DNA of 64,000 bases from positions 1,760,001 to 1,824,000 of the forward strand of contig OZ253665.1 of assembly GCA_965263295.1 (NCBI GenBank). Reading direction: 5' to 3'. Below are positions 40,588 to 50,633 of the stretch, one piece after another; within the stretch, counting starts at the first letter, position 1; every line of letters begins with the position of its first letter. The DNA comes from Spirochaetia bacterium. GTDB lineage: Bacteria; Spirochaetota; Spirochaetia; SP-2023. The notes beneath the pieces are model-generated. The model was not told where the DNA came from, ran no database searches, and saw nothing but the letters and a program-made list of their open reading frames with translations. The translations under genes and the position numbers were made by a program.

Positions 40588-42843
40588 TTAAACACGATAA
40601 TTAATTTGGCTTTGCTCGCGCATCACAGACTCGCCGGCGCGACCGATATCTTCCCAGTCATCGTCGCCACCAGTGGCTAAACGATTGCGGCCACCACCAC
40701 TAAGCCCATGATCCTGAGCTTGTGCCTGAGCTTGTGACTGGGCATCTTCTGAGCGACCGCCACCTACCGAAACATTTAGCCCCTGGTTGTCAAAGCCCCC
40801 ATCGCGGAGCCTGGCCTCCAATTGTTGCATATTGTCCTGCAGAATGCGCGCGGCCTCGGCACTGTCTGCAACGATGTGGCCACTGAGCTGATTCCCATCA
40901 ATATTCACGCGAATGTGCACTTGCCCCAGATTTTCCGGATTCAGCCGCAAACGAATCTCACCACGATTCTGGTCCAAAAGACGGAACTGCAACTGGCGCA
41001 CACTCTGTGCCAATGGGCCCTCTCGCAGATTTTCAGCAATCTGCTGAGCCCAGCTGCGCAAGATCACGCCTGGAGTACTGTTGCCGAGGCCACTGCCCGA
41101 TGCAGCCGGCCCATGCCCTGTAGCCAGATGCCCGGCTGCGCCATCAAAAGCAGCGCTAGGGTGGTCACTGCCGGGGCTAACGCGCCCCAATCCTAAAGCC
41201 GCCTTGCCCTGACTCTGGGCTTGAAACTTAGGACTTGCAGCCGCTACCGGCGACTTGCTGCCGTCGCGATACTGCATCCCTTCATTTCTTTCCCGACGCA
41301 GCTGCGCCACGCGACCTTCGCGAATTGCAGATACCCGCACCACAGGGCGTTCGCCCAATTTCGGGCCCTCGGCAATTTCAGGCTGCTCCAGCTCGGCCGA
41401 CGCGGCACCCTTATTTTTTTCCTGATTCTTATCCTGAATTTCCTTTGCTTGCGGTAGAACTTGCCGCACAGCTTGCTCGGAAGATTTAGGCATACCCAAT
41501 TCTCGCGGCATTTGCAGCTTTGTTCGTTCTTCATTGCCACTCTCTGCGCCTTGCCGCGAATTCGCCTGCGGCCGCGAAGGGACAGATTGAAAATCCTCAT
41601 CAGTCGTCCGCGCGCCATTTTCCGCCGAGCCAGCCAGGTCCGATTTTGTTCTTTGCTCAGAAGGCATACGACGGCTCACTTCGCTGCGCTCGTCGACTAC
41701 CTGTAGACGCAACTTGCTCTGGGCGCCCGGCTCGTCTCCTCGGCCCGCAGCATTGAGCTCCTGGGCATCCACGCTGGCTTGGGGGCCGAGTGCGACCCCG
41801 CCTTTGCCATCCCTTGTCGGCCCGTCAGTCCCTAGACTTTTCGCATTGCTGGCAAGATATTTTCCCGCGACACTTTGCTTGTTGACCGCGGAATTCAGGC
41901 CAGCTTTTGCCTGTCCCGCAGACCTCGGTTTACCTTCCAAGTCCGCAAGTTCTACAGCGGACGCAGACAAGGTTTCAAGATCGCCCCGGCCTTTCGCCTC
42001 AAGCGATTCAGAGCCTTGCTGAAGTTCCTGCTCGGCCAGCTGTTTTTCCTGATTTTCGCCTTCAGCGTGTAATTCTTTTTTTGCGGCACCCCTGCTGTCC
42101 GGTTCCCGCCTCGTATCTGCGCGAGTCGTAGAATCGCCATTTATAGCTTGCTCTCTTTCCTCGGATCGCTCCTGCACCAGTTTACGGGCATCGGTTTGCG
42201 CCCGCACATTCTCAGCGAGATTTTTTTGGGCGACTTCAATTTCCCGGCGCTTGGCTTGCACGGCCCGGCTATCGCGCAATTCCTGTTCGCGCCGCTGGCG
42301 CTCAAGCATTTCAGCACTGCGATCCCGTGCCGGGGCCATCGGCTCTTGCAAAGACAAATCACGGGCACGAACCAGTTCGTATTCAGTATTTTGGTAACTT
42401 TGCTCCAAATCCCGACGCAAGCCATCTAAACCGAAAGAATCCGCCCCCAAGGGATGCAAGGGACCAGCACCCAACTGCCGCGAAAAATCCTCACTGACTG
42501 CCCCACGCCGCGCAACTGTGTCAGTCGCAAAAGTCGCAAAAATAGAATCCCCTTGCCCCGTAGCCGAATAGGGCAGAAATCGGTTTGCCCATGGGTAATT
42601 CGATGGGTAATTCGATGGGTAATTCGATGGGTAATTCGATGGATAATTCGGTGGAGAAATTGATGGAGAATCCAATTCAAACTCGGCAATCTGGCGATAA
42701 AAGTCCTGGAATGAGGCTTGGCTACTCAAACGCGAACGCAAGCCATTATGGTTGCCCACATCCAACTCTGCCGCCGCATGCGTAGCCGCCTCTGCGACCT
42801 TGGACCAATAAGGCGTTGTCCCCGACAATGGGTCATTCATCAT
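40588..42843 (-). CDS. fliK: Flagellar hook-length control protein
   Basis: Long low-complexity N-terminus, C-terminal GEIRLRLNPENLGQVHIRV...LQDNMQQL domain; upstream of flgD. Confidence 0.9.
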   Translation of the reverse strand: MMNDPLSGTTPYWSKVAEAATHAAAELDVGNHNGLRSRLSSQASFQDFYRQIAEFELDSPSISPPNYPSNYPSNYPSNYPSNYPWANRFLPYSATGQGDSIFATFATDTVARRGAVSEDFSRQLGAGPLHPLGADSFGLDGLRRDLEQSYQNTEYELVRARDLSLQEPMAPARDRSAEMLERQRREQELRDSRAVQAKRREIEVAQKNLAENVRAQTDARKLVQERSEEREQAINGDSTTRADTRREPDSRGAAKKELHAEGENQEKQLAEQELQQGSESLEAKGRGDLETLSASAVELADLEGKPRSAGQAKAGLNSAVNKQSVAGKYLASNAKSLGTDGPTRDGKGGVALGPQASVDAQELNAAGRGDEPGAQSKLRLQVVDERSEVSRRMPSEQRTKSDLAGSAENGARTTDEDFQSVPSRPQANSRQGAESGNEERTKLQMPRELGMPKSSEQAVRQVLPQAKEIQDKNQEKNKGAASAELEQPEIAEGPKLGERPVVRVSAIREGRVAQLRRERNEGMQYRDGSKSPVAAASPKFQAQSQGKAALGLGRVSPGSDHPSAAFDGAAGHLATGHGPAASGSGLGNSTPGVILRSWAQQIAENLREGPLAQSVRQLQFRLLDQNRGEIRLRLNPENLGQVHIRVNIDGNQLSGHIVADSAEAARILQDNMQQLEARLRDGGFDNQGLNVSVGGGRSEDAQSQAQAQAQDHGLSGGGRNRLATGGDDDWEDIGRAGESVMREQSQINYRV
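42591..42650. repeat. 12-bp in-frame tandem repeat x5 (NYPS) in fliK
   Basis: atgggtaattcg x4 + atggataattcg. Confidence 0.95.
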
Positions 42844-42921
42844 TTTCTCCCGACTGAAATGTTAAAGACGAGCTCCCAAAACTAAATCCCAAAACTAAAT
42901 CCCAAGGTCAGCTCCCGATTA

Positions 42922-42949
42922 ATATCGTATAAAACAGCTTGCGACTTTA
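42922..42949 (-). promoter_or_regulatory. Putative sigma28 (FliA) promoter of fliK-flgD
   Basis: Minus strand TAAA-16 nt-TACGATAT versus consensus TAAA-N15/16-GCCGATAA. Confidence 0.55.
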
Positions 42950-43091
42950 ATAAACTTGGGCACGCCCCAAAACTCTCCCAAACCCCAAAAAACTCCCCAA
43001 AAACTCCCCGGAGTCAACAGAAGCGCCCCAAAATCAGTCAGAGTGGAAGACAAAATTCAAGCGTGCATTTAGACCGAGGATCAAAGAACAA

Positions 43092-43119
43092 TTGCAATTA
43101 TCCTGGTCTTTGCTACAAT
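43092..43119 (+). promoter_or_regulatory. Putative sigma70 promoter of hydG
   Basis: TTGCAA-16 nt-TACAAT with extended TGn. Confidence 0.5.
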
Positions 43120-43175
43120 ATATAAGCGGATAACTTGGCCGCATTGGAAGCTTAATTATTAGTCAGGATATCGTC

Positions 43176-44726
43176 ATGTTGAAAGTTGCCAGAACTCCAA
43201 AACAATTTGCAGAGAGTCGCCGCGATACCGGATTCATCGCCCACGAAGAACTCTGGCAACTAGCCCGCAAGGCCCGCCCTCCCAGCCTGGAACGTTGCCA
43301 GGAGCTGCTGCAGCGATGCATGCGACGCATTGAGCGCCAGGGAGAACTCGACCACCAAAGAAAGGGCCGTTTTACCAGCGAGCACGAGGCCCACTCAATG
43401 CCGGAATTTCGCCCACTGGAACTAGAAGAAGCCGCAGAGCTACTGGCCATTGATCGCATTGCAGATCCATGCCAACGCGACCACATCCTAGGCCTGTTGT
43501 TGGAATATGCAGGCAAACTCAAGGATGAAATTTACGGTAACCGCGTAGTAATGTTTGCCCCTCTTTACATCAGCAATTACTGCATTAACAACTGTACGTA
43601 TTGCGGTTACCGCCGCGACAACAAGTTTGCCCGCAAACGTCTGACCCAAGAAGAAATCTCCCGCGAGGTGCGAATACTCGAAAAGATGGGGCACAAACGC
43701 CTGGCCTTAGAAGTGGGAGAAGATCCCCTGAATTGCGATATTGACTACGTCCTGGAATCTATCCGCACCATCTATGCCAGCGGCGACATCCGCCGCATCA
43801 ACGTCAACATTGCCGCCTGCCCGCAAGCCGACTTGCAACGCCTGAGAGATGCCGAAATCGGCACATACATTCTCTTTCAGGAAACTTATGACTTCGACAC
43901 TTTTGTGCGCACTCACCCCAGATCCATCAAAGGAGATTATCTTTACCACTTAGAGTCCTTTGATCGGGCCATGGCGGCAGGCATCGGCGACGTCGGTGCG
44001 GGAGTTCTCTACGGCCTATCCGACCATCGCTTTGAAACCTTGGCGCTGCTGCAGCACAATCGACACCTGGAGCAAAGTTTTGGTGTCGGTTTTCACACCA
44101 TCTCGGTGCCGAGACTAAAGGCCTGCAAAGGCATGAACATCGCCGACTATCCGCACGTCATCGACGACTGGAACTTCCGCAAGGTCGTTGCGGTGCTGCG
44201 CCTGGCGCTACCTTATGTCGGCATGATCCTCTCCACCCGTGAAAATTCTGCGCTGCGCCGCGAACTAATTAGAGCCGGAGTTTCACAAGTCAGCGCTGGT
44301 TCCAGCACTGGAGTCGGCGGTTATTACGAGGAAGAGCAGCTGGCAAAACCGCAAAGTCAGCTTCAAGGCGCAGAGTCAGTAGGCCAATTTCAGACGGAAG
44401 ACCAGCGATCTCCGCTGGAAGTGGTCAAAGACCTCGCCAGCTGCGGCATGCTGCCCAGTTTCTGCACGGCCTGCTACCGCATGGGCCGCACTGGGGACCG
44501 CTTCATGGAGCTGGCGCGCAGCGGCAACATAAAGCACGTTTGCCAACCCAACGCGATCATTACCTTTGCCGAGTTTGTCCGCGACTACGGCGACGACGAA
44601 TTAAAGGCTCAAGCACAGCAGATTCTGGCAAAGAATATAGCCGACATCGGCAACGATAAAATCCGCCAGAAGACCCGCGAAATCATCGCCCGCCTAGAAC
44701 AAAACGAAAGCGATTTGTTCTTCTGA
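43176..44726 (+). CDS. hydG: [FeFe]-hydrogenase H-cluster radical SAM maturase HydG
   Basis: FAPLYISNYCINNCTYCGY, GHKRLALE, GTYILFQETY, and C-terminal CTACYR...CQPNA auxiliary-cluster motif that separates HydG from ThiH. Confidence 0.93.
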   Translation: MLKVARTPKQFAESRRDTGFIAHEELWQLARKARPPSLERCQELLQRCMRRIERQGELDHQRKGRFTSEHEAHSMPEFRPLELEEAAELLAIDRIADPCQRDHILGLLLEYAGKLKDEIYGNRVVMFAPLYISNYCINNCTYCGYRRDNKFARKRLTQEEISREVRILEKMGHKRLALEVGEDPLNCDIDYVLESIRTIYASGDIRRINVNIAACPQADLQRLRDAEIGTYILFQETYDFDTFVRTHPRSIKGDYLYHLESFDRAMAAGIGDVGAGVLYGLSDHRFETLALLQHNRHLEQSFGVGFHTISVPRLKACKGMNIADYPHVIDDWNFRKVVAVLRLALPYVGMILSTRENSALRRELIRAGVSQVSAGSSTGVGGYYEEEQLAKPQSQLQGAESVGQFQTEDQRSPLEVVKDLASCGMLPSFCTACYRMGRTGDRFMELARSGNIKHVCQPNAIITFAEFVRDYGDDELKAQAQQILAKNIADIGNDKIRQKTREIIARLEQNESDLFF

Positions 44727-44759
44727 AGGGCGCACCAGAGTGAAAATCTAGCCACAGAC

Positions 44760-46100
44760 ATGGAAATATTTTACGGGCGGGAGACAGCCAAGGCCTTAAA
44801 GCTTTGGGGCGAAGGCCAGACGCCGCGCGAGCTGATTCGCGCTTACGGCGAGGTCAAACTAGCCGCTCTGCGCGGCCAGCAAAAATTTGCCAAGCTTTAT
44901 GGGCCGGAGTTCTTCGCGTTGCTCGAACACAGCTGCAACGAGATCATCAGCGGCACACACGACATTCAATTCCCGCTACCACTAGCCCAAGGCGGGGCCG
45001 GAACCAGCCTGCACATGAATATTTGCGAAGTCATTGCCAACCTGGGCAATCGCAAGGCTGAAAGCGCGGGGCTCGCAGAACGTTGCGACGCCCTGGATCA
45101 CATTGCCCGCTTTCAGTCCACCAACGACACCTTGGCCACTGCTTTCACAATCTTGAGCTACCGCGGCCTGCAAAGCGTCACCGCAGCCGTGGTGCAGCTG
45201 CAGGAGGCCTTGAACCAGAAAGAGCTAGCTTGGGAACAGATTTTGCTCATGGGTCGCACGGAGCTGCAAGATGCCTTGCCGATTCAATTTGGCCAGGTCT
45301 TTGGTGCCTGGGCGGGAATGTTTGAGCGCGACCGCTGGCGGCTTCACAAGGTCGCTGAACGCATCCGCAACATCGCCCTGGGCGGCACTGCCATCGGGAC
45401 TTCCTTTGCCGCCCCGCCGCGCTACATCTTTGCCGCCGAACAGGAGCTACGCAAAATAACCGGCTTGCCACTCTCGCGCAGCCAAAACCTGCCCGACGCC
45501 GTAGCCCACAAAGACGACTTGGCCGAGCTCGTCTCGGCCTACGGCCTCACAGCGTTGAACCTGCGCAAACTCTGCGGCGACCTCTTGCTGTATACCTCCA
45601 GCCTCAACGGCGAGCTGAGCCACCCCGAATTGCAGTACGGCTCCAGCATCATGCCCTCCAAAGTCAACCCAGTGCTACTGGAATACGCCAGTGGCCTCGG
45701 AGTCAGCGTTGAGACCGAAGCCCGGCGCCTGCAATCCTATGCCGCCATGGGGCAGCTACAGCTCAACGCTTACATCCCATTCATGATTGAGGCCATGCTG
45801 CGCTGTCAAGGGGCTTTGACGGCGGCCCTGCGCAGCCTGGCGCGCGATTTACTGCCTGAATTAAAACTAAATGGCGCGCGCATTGAAGCCAACTTGAGCC
45901 GCAGCCCGGCGCTACTCAACACCTTGCGTCACGTAGTGGATTACAGCCAGCTCAAGGCCCTGCTGCCAGAATTGCGCACGCAGAATCCAAATGACAGAGA
46001 AGAACTGGCGCAATGGCTGGCCCAAAGGCTTGAGCGAGGCGGGCAAAAACTACAAGCCGATGAAATCCTGCGTCACTTTGACGGCATAGAATTCCATTGA
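44760..46100 (+). CDS. Aspartate ammonia-lyase-like protein (fumarase/aspartase superfamily)
   Basis: QGGAGTS.HMN, QSTND, MGRTELQDA, LGGTAIGT, GSSIMPSKVNP signature. Confidence 0.85.
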   Translation: MEIFYGRETAKALKLWGEGQTPRELIRAYGEVKLAALRGQQKFAKLYGPEFFALLEHSCNEIISGTHDIQFPLPLAQGGAGTSLHMNICEVIANLGNRKAESAGLAERCDALDHIARFQSTNDTLATAFTILSYRGLQSVTAAVVQLQEALNQKELAWEQILLMGRTELQDALPIQFGQVFGAWAGMFERDRWRLHKVAERIRNIALGGTAIGTSFAAPPRYIFAAEQELRKITGLPLSRSQNLPDAVAHKDDLAELVSAYGLTALNLRKLCGDLLLYTSSLNGELSHPELQYGSSIMPSKVNPVLLEYASGLGVSVETEARRLQSYAAMGQLQLNAYIPFMIEAMLRCQGALTAALRSLARDLLPELKLNGARIEANLSRSPALLNTLRHVVDYSQLKALLPELRTQNPNDREELAQWLAQRLERGGQKLQADEILRHFDGIEFH

Positions 46101-46225
46101 GAATTTTTTTGAGCATGGGCAGACGCCGCCCGCCAATTCATTTCCAGTGGCGTGACACAAGCCGCCGATCTCCTTATTATGGCGCTGCTCCTATACGCAA
46201 CTTGAAGAGCCCCAGGAGCCGAGGT

Positions 46226-47554
46226 ATGAACCCAATGAACCCAATCCTCACAGAATTACAGCAGCGCGGCCTGATACAACAGTGCAGCGACCTCAATGCC
46301 TTGAGCGAGCGCCTGGATGCCGACAAGTATGGCCCCTTGCCCTTTTATCTGGGCATTGATCCCACCGCGGCGTCGCTGCACTGTGGCCACATGCTGCCCG
46401 TGCTGCTAGCCAAACGCCTGGCGCTAGGCGGCCATCAGCCGCTACTGCTAGTCGGCTCTGGCACCGCCCAGATCGGGGATCCTTCGGGCAAAACCGAGAT
46501 GCGCAAGATGCTCACAAAGCAAGATATTGCGGCCAATGCCCGATCCATTCGGCCCCAGATCGAAAAAATCTTTGCCGATTGCCCGACTCAGCCCATTTGG
46601 TTCGACAATGCCAGCTGGCTGGACAACCTGAACTACATAGAATTTCTGCGGCATATCGGACGGCATTTCTCGGTCAACCGCATGCTTAGTTTCGAGAGTT
46701 ACAAACAGCGCTTAGAACGCGGCCTGTCATTTATCGAATTCAACTACCAATTGCTGCAATCCTACGATTACCTGCAGCTGTTTGAACGACACGAGTGCCG
46801 GTTGCAAATCGGCGGCGACGACCAGTGGGGCAACATGGTCTCTGGTATGGACCTGATCCGTCGCTGTAGTTTTCAGCGCGGGGGCGAAGCCTCAGTAGCC
46901 GCGCACCATTTGCCACAAGTTCTGACAGTTCCGTTAGTTGTGACTTCGAGTGGCAAAAAGATGGGAAAGACCGAGCAGGGAGCGATTTTCATTGACCCTG
47001 AACTGACCACGCCGTTTGATTTTTTCCAATATTGGCGCAATTGCAGTGATTCCGACGTCGAAAAATTCTTGCTGTTTTTCACCTTCCGCAGCATCGCCGA
47101 AATCCGCGAACTGTGCCGGGAGAGCGGTGCCGCCCTGAATGAGGCCAAAAAAGTCCTGGCCTACGAAATGTGCCGCACTGTTCACGGTCAAGAAGAGGCG
47201 GACAAGACTCTGGCGGCCATTGAAATCAGTTTTGGAACCGTCGGGGCAGCGGTAGCCGTCGGGACGGCTTTAGCCATCGGGGCGGCTTTAGCCGGGGCCG
47301 TAGACGTCCCCGGCGCCGAGCTCGCGGCCACACGCCTGAAAGCCGGTATTGCCCTCGTCGACCTCTATGTTGAGGCCGGGCTCAGTACCTCGCGCAACGA
47401 AGCCCGGCGCCTGATCCAAGGCGGCGGTGCCAGTGTCAACGGCCAGAAAATCCTCGATGTCGAACACGAGGTCAAGGCCGACGACCAGGAAGACGGAGCT
47501 CTATTATTAAAGGCCGGCAAGAAGCGCTTTTTCCGCTTTCGCATTGTGGACTAA
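46226..47554 (+). CDS. tyrS: Tyrosine-tRNA ligase
   Basis: YLGIDPTAASLHCGH, EFNYQLLQSYD, QIGGDDQWGN, KMGKT, C-terminal S4 domain; GAGG RBS before ATG 46226. Confidence 0.96.
   Translation: MNPMNPILTELQQRGLIQQCSDLNALSERLDADKYGPLPFYLGIDPTAASLHCGHMLPVLLAKRLALGGHQPLLLVGSGTAQIGDPSGKTEMRKMLTKQDIAANARSIRPQIEKIFADCPTQPIWFDNASWLDNLNYIEFLRHIGRHFSVNRMLSFESYKQRLERGLSFIEFNYQLLQSYDYLQLFERHECRLQIGGDDQWGNMVSGMDLIRRCSFQRGGEASVAAHHLPQVLTVPLVVTSSGKKMGKTEQGAIFIDPELTTPFDFFQYWRNCSDSDVEKFLLFFTFRSIAEIRELCRESGAALNEAKKVLAYEMCRTVHGQEEADKTLAAIEISFGTVGAAVAVGTALAIGAALAGAVDVPGAELAATRLKAGIALVDLYVEAGLSTSRNEARRLIQGGGASVNGQKILDVEHEVKADDQEDGALLLKAGKKRFFRFRIVD
47238..47291. repeat. 18-bp degenerate in-frame tandem repeat x3 in tyrS
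   Basis: ccgtcggggcagcggtag / ccgtcgggacggctttag / ccatcggggcggctttag. Confidence 0.85.
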
Positions 47555-47648
47555 AAATTCTAGCCTGTGCGCCACAGCCAGGGCTTCCCACCAGTCCGCA
47601 ACAGCTCTGTGTACCGCCTGCTGCACGAATAAATTTCGCAGCAAAATT

Positions 47649-48542
47649 TTACCTATAATCTGCTTTTGTCGCCTGCTCTAAAGAGTCGCGGCGTATTTCA
47701 ATCTGATCCATAGCACTGAATAATTGTGCTTTTTCCATCACATGAGTCAGCTTACTATCTTTACAGTAAAATCTTAGCTGTGGAAAGTTCAGCTCTAAGT
47801 CCTGGACCTCTTTGCGTTTCTTTAAAAAGACTTCAAGTTTAGCAAAATCCTCTGGTTCTCTGATTTCCAGCAAGAATAGAATCTGACCTAGTTGAGCTAC
47901 TTTTTCAGTGCGTATAATCCTGCCTTGCTTGATAAAGGTTACACGATGGCAAAGCTCTTCCACTTCACTCAATATGTGTGAAGAAAAAAGAATACTTGTT
48001 CCTTCTGACTGATTCAATTCTCTCAAAAATGAAAAGATATGATCCTTCATTACAGGGTCGAGACCGGTGCTGATTTCGTCCATGACAAGGATTTTGGGGC
48101 GGTTGATAATAGCGTTGATCAAAGAGATTTTTCGCTTGTTCCCTTTAGAGAGTTTTTTTACTCTCTGTCGTAAATCAAGTTCTAACGTATCGGCAAATCT
48201 TCTGATCTGGGGGAGCGCATTTTTGACTCCCTTCAGAGAGGCCATATATCGCATATTCTCTATGGCGCTGCTGTCTTCATACAGAAAATCTTCACTTCCC
48301 ATAAAACCGGTGAAACGGTGAATCGCCATGGCTTCTTTACTGACGGACTTTCCTAGAATTCTAGCCTCTCCCACACTCGGATAGATAAAATTTGACAATA
48401 TATTTATAGTAGTCGTTTTGCCGGCGCCATTAGGCCCGATAAACCCCATAAACTCGCCTTCACAGACATTTAAGCCAATCTGATCCAAAGCCAGTTTGCT
48501 TTTGTAATATTTGCTTACTCCGTCGATTTCTATCGCCTGCAT
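47649..48542 (-). CDS. ABC transporter ATP-binding protein (exporter type)
   Basis: GPNGAGKTT, LSKGN signature, LVMDE, SSH. Confidence 0.92.
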   Translation of the reverse strand: MQAIEIDGVSKYYKSKLALDQIGLNVCEGEFMGFIGPNGAGKTTTINILSNFIYPSVGEARILGKSVSKEAMAIHRFTGFMGSEDFLYEDSSAIENMRYMASLKGVKNALPQIRRFADTLELDLRQRVKKLSKGNKRKISLINAIINRPKILVMDEISTGLDPVMKDHIFSFLRELNQSEGTSILFSSHILSEVEELCHRVTFIKQGRIIRTEKVAQLGQILFLLEIREPEDFAKLEVFLKKRKEVQDLELNFPQLRFYCKDSKLTHVMEKAQLFSAMDQIEIRRDSLEQATKADYR

Positions 48543-48582
48543 CTATATTTACTCTCATCAAACTTTGACTTGCTAAAAACGC

Positions 48583-49410
48583 CTAAGACAGGTAGTCGCG
48601 CTTTATATACCGCAACGCGGCCAATACTAGCGCCACTGCGCTAAAAAGAAGCACAGTAGCAAACTCAGGCCAACTTACCCCTTCAAGGTGAAAAAGGAAA
48701 TGCTGGAAAAACAAATATCTGCCAAAGAGTACAAAAGCATTCAGTGCAGGAGCATATTTCTCGTCGATCGGTATCTCTTCGTTGGAATATTCCGGTATAA
48801 AAGAGAAAACCTCCCAGTATCCTGAAGCTATGACGCTGTATAAGAAAACAAGCATCACAAGCCACCCAGCAAAACGCTGCCCAAGGAATTGACAGGGAAG
48901 AGCCAACAATGCGATTAGGCTGATGCTATTAATCAGATGTTTGAGATAGATCAGATAGGTATAATAGGGCAACTGCTTTGCCAAGTCGGATCGCAGGCCT
49001 TCCGATAGATACGGAAACAGCACCAGAAAACCAGCCAATACTTGAACAGTCTGTGCCACTATTGTAGCGAGTACGATAAATAAAAATCTTGCCACGAAAA
49101 TTTGCAAACGACTGTAAGGCGCGGCCAGTAAAAAGAAAATGGTCTTCTGCTGCCTCTCGCCATAGAAAATACCAATAGTGGTCAAGCCGGCATAAAGAGC
49201 TCCGAAAAGCATTGGAATCAAAATCAACAATGGCGTAACAATCATTAATTCAGAATCCGAGATCACCTGATCAGGCCCTTCAGAATGGTAAGCCCGATCG
49301 TCGGTAAACAGCAGACTAAAAAATATGAGCATAAGCATATAAATAACAGTACCGGCAAGTGAAAGCCAGTGGTTCCAGTTTTTACATTCATGCCAGATTA
49401 TTTTTTGCAT
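48583..49410 (-). CDS. ABC-2 type permease
   Basis: Six hydrophobic segments, ERQQKTIFFLLAAPYSR motif, adjacent to the ATPase. Confidence 0.85.
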   Translation of the reverse strand: MQKIIWHECKNWNHWLSLAGTVIYMLMLIFFSLLFTDDRAYHSEGPDQVISDSELMIVTPLLILIPMLFGALYAGLTTIGIFYGERQQKTIFFLLAAPYSRLQIFVARFLFIVLATIVAQTVQVLAGFLVLFPYLSEGLRSDLAKQLPYYTYLIYLKHLINSISLIALLALPCQFLGQRFAGWLVMLVFLYSVIASGYWEVFSFIPEYSNEEIPIDEKYAPALNAFVLFGRYLFFQHFLFHLEGVSWPEFATVLLFSAVALVLAALRYIKRDYLS

Positions 49411-49756
49411 ATTATTCTTTTATAATGAGATATAGCAAGCCATATCACATCTCTCTATTTGTTTTTAAAATCATTCTAGAATACTTTGAGTCTAGATTTT
49501 TATAACACGCTTTAAGATATCATTAGACTTAACCCTTTTAAACTTTAACTAAAAAGTATCTTAAGAAGAATTTGCTACAAGTCAATAAGATTGCCCAGGA
49601 AGATTACAGTATGCCCAGATAAAATTAACTTTTTAAAGCACGACTTGAAATAAAAGTTAATATTGAGTTCCGGTTGCTGTATGATTACAGATTCGCTAGC
49701 CCGGCAGGAACTCAAACGCAAGACCGCCTTGCCACGGATGGCCTGCTGAGATATGC

Positions 49757-50503
49757 TTGGATGCAAAAATTGGGGTTATTTTTGTGCTGTTTAACAAGGA
49801 AGACGAAGGGCGTGTACAGGAGTTTATCGCCGAACTGCGCAGCATGAAACTTACGGTCGAAGGTATGGTCGAAGATTATGATCGCCTGATTGCCCTATAT
49901 GATATTTCTTTCTTCTTTCGCATTTACTTGCGCAGTTGTGCCCAGGCCTTACACGACCGCGCCTCTGAAGCAGACAAGCAAAGCTCTTTGAATGCCGCCC
50001 GTTATATCCAGTTCTTTGAAACCGAGCTGACGACTATGCCAAGAATGATCTATCTGTTCCAAAGTGCTTATGGCAGTCGCTTCGTGCGCAGCGTATACCA
50101 AGCTTCATACTTGACTTTTATCGAACGCCAGCAACAGGCCACGGAGTTCCTGAAAAAGTGCGTCGCAGAGCACGACAAGTTTGGTTTCTTCCGCAAGACG
50201 ATTGCCACCATTGAAGACAACCAACTAATCGAAGAACCCAAAATCCTCAATCCGCGCATCAAGGGCAAGCCCCACAACCGCCCCCTGAACCAGCAGGCCC
50301 AAAGCCTTCCCAGAATTGAGGAATCCGAGCAGCCCGCCAGACAGCTGGACTCACAACATCGGGGAGACCGGTTGGTAGACCGCCTGCCGAGGCACGACGA
50401 CCAGAAGCATAGCAGCAGCAAGCAGAGCCCGGCGGCTAAGAGCTCAATCCGCAGACAAGCCTCTAATGCGGGGAGACACCCGTTTGGGCAGCTTAAATAC
50501 TGA
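49757..50503 (+). CDS. Hypothetical protein
   Basis: 248-aa ORF filling the gap, helical N-terminus and disordered tail; start uncertain. Confidence 0.65.
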   Translation: MDAKIGVIFVLFNKEDEGRVQEFIAELRSMKLTVEGMVEDYDRLIALYDISFFFRIYLRSCAQALHDRASEADKQSSLNAARYIQFFETELTTMPRMIYLFQSAYGSRFVRSVYQASYLTFIERQQQATEFLKKCVAEHDKFGFFRKTIATIEDNQLIEEPKILNPRIKGKPHNRPLNQQAQSLPRIEESEQPARQLDSQHRGDRLVDRLPRHDDQKHSSSKQSPAAKSSIRRQASNAGRHPFGQLKY

Positions 50504-50633
50504 GGACATAAGTGCCCTCCCCACCCACCCCCCAATTGCGACAAAAAAGACAGCCCATTTCTTTATGATCACGAAAATTTTAGTTGGGCTAGTGACAATA
50601 TTTTACCAATTTTAATCACGCCAGAATGCGATC

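Noticed and set aside
43176..44726. ThiH annotation
   Set aside because: The C-terminal CxxC...C extension indicates HydG and there are no thi genes nearby
3214..47291. CRISPR interpretation of the repeats
   Set aside because: Units are 9-18 bp head-to-tail with no spacers and there are no cas genes
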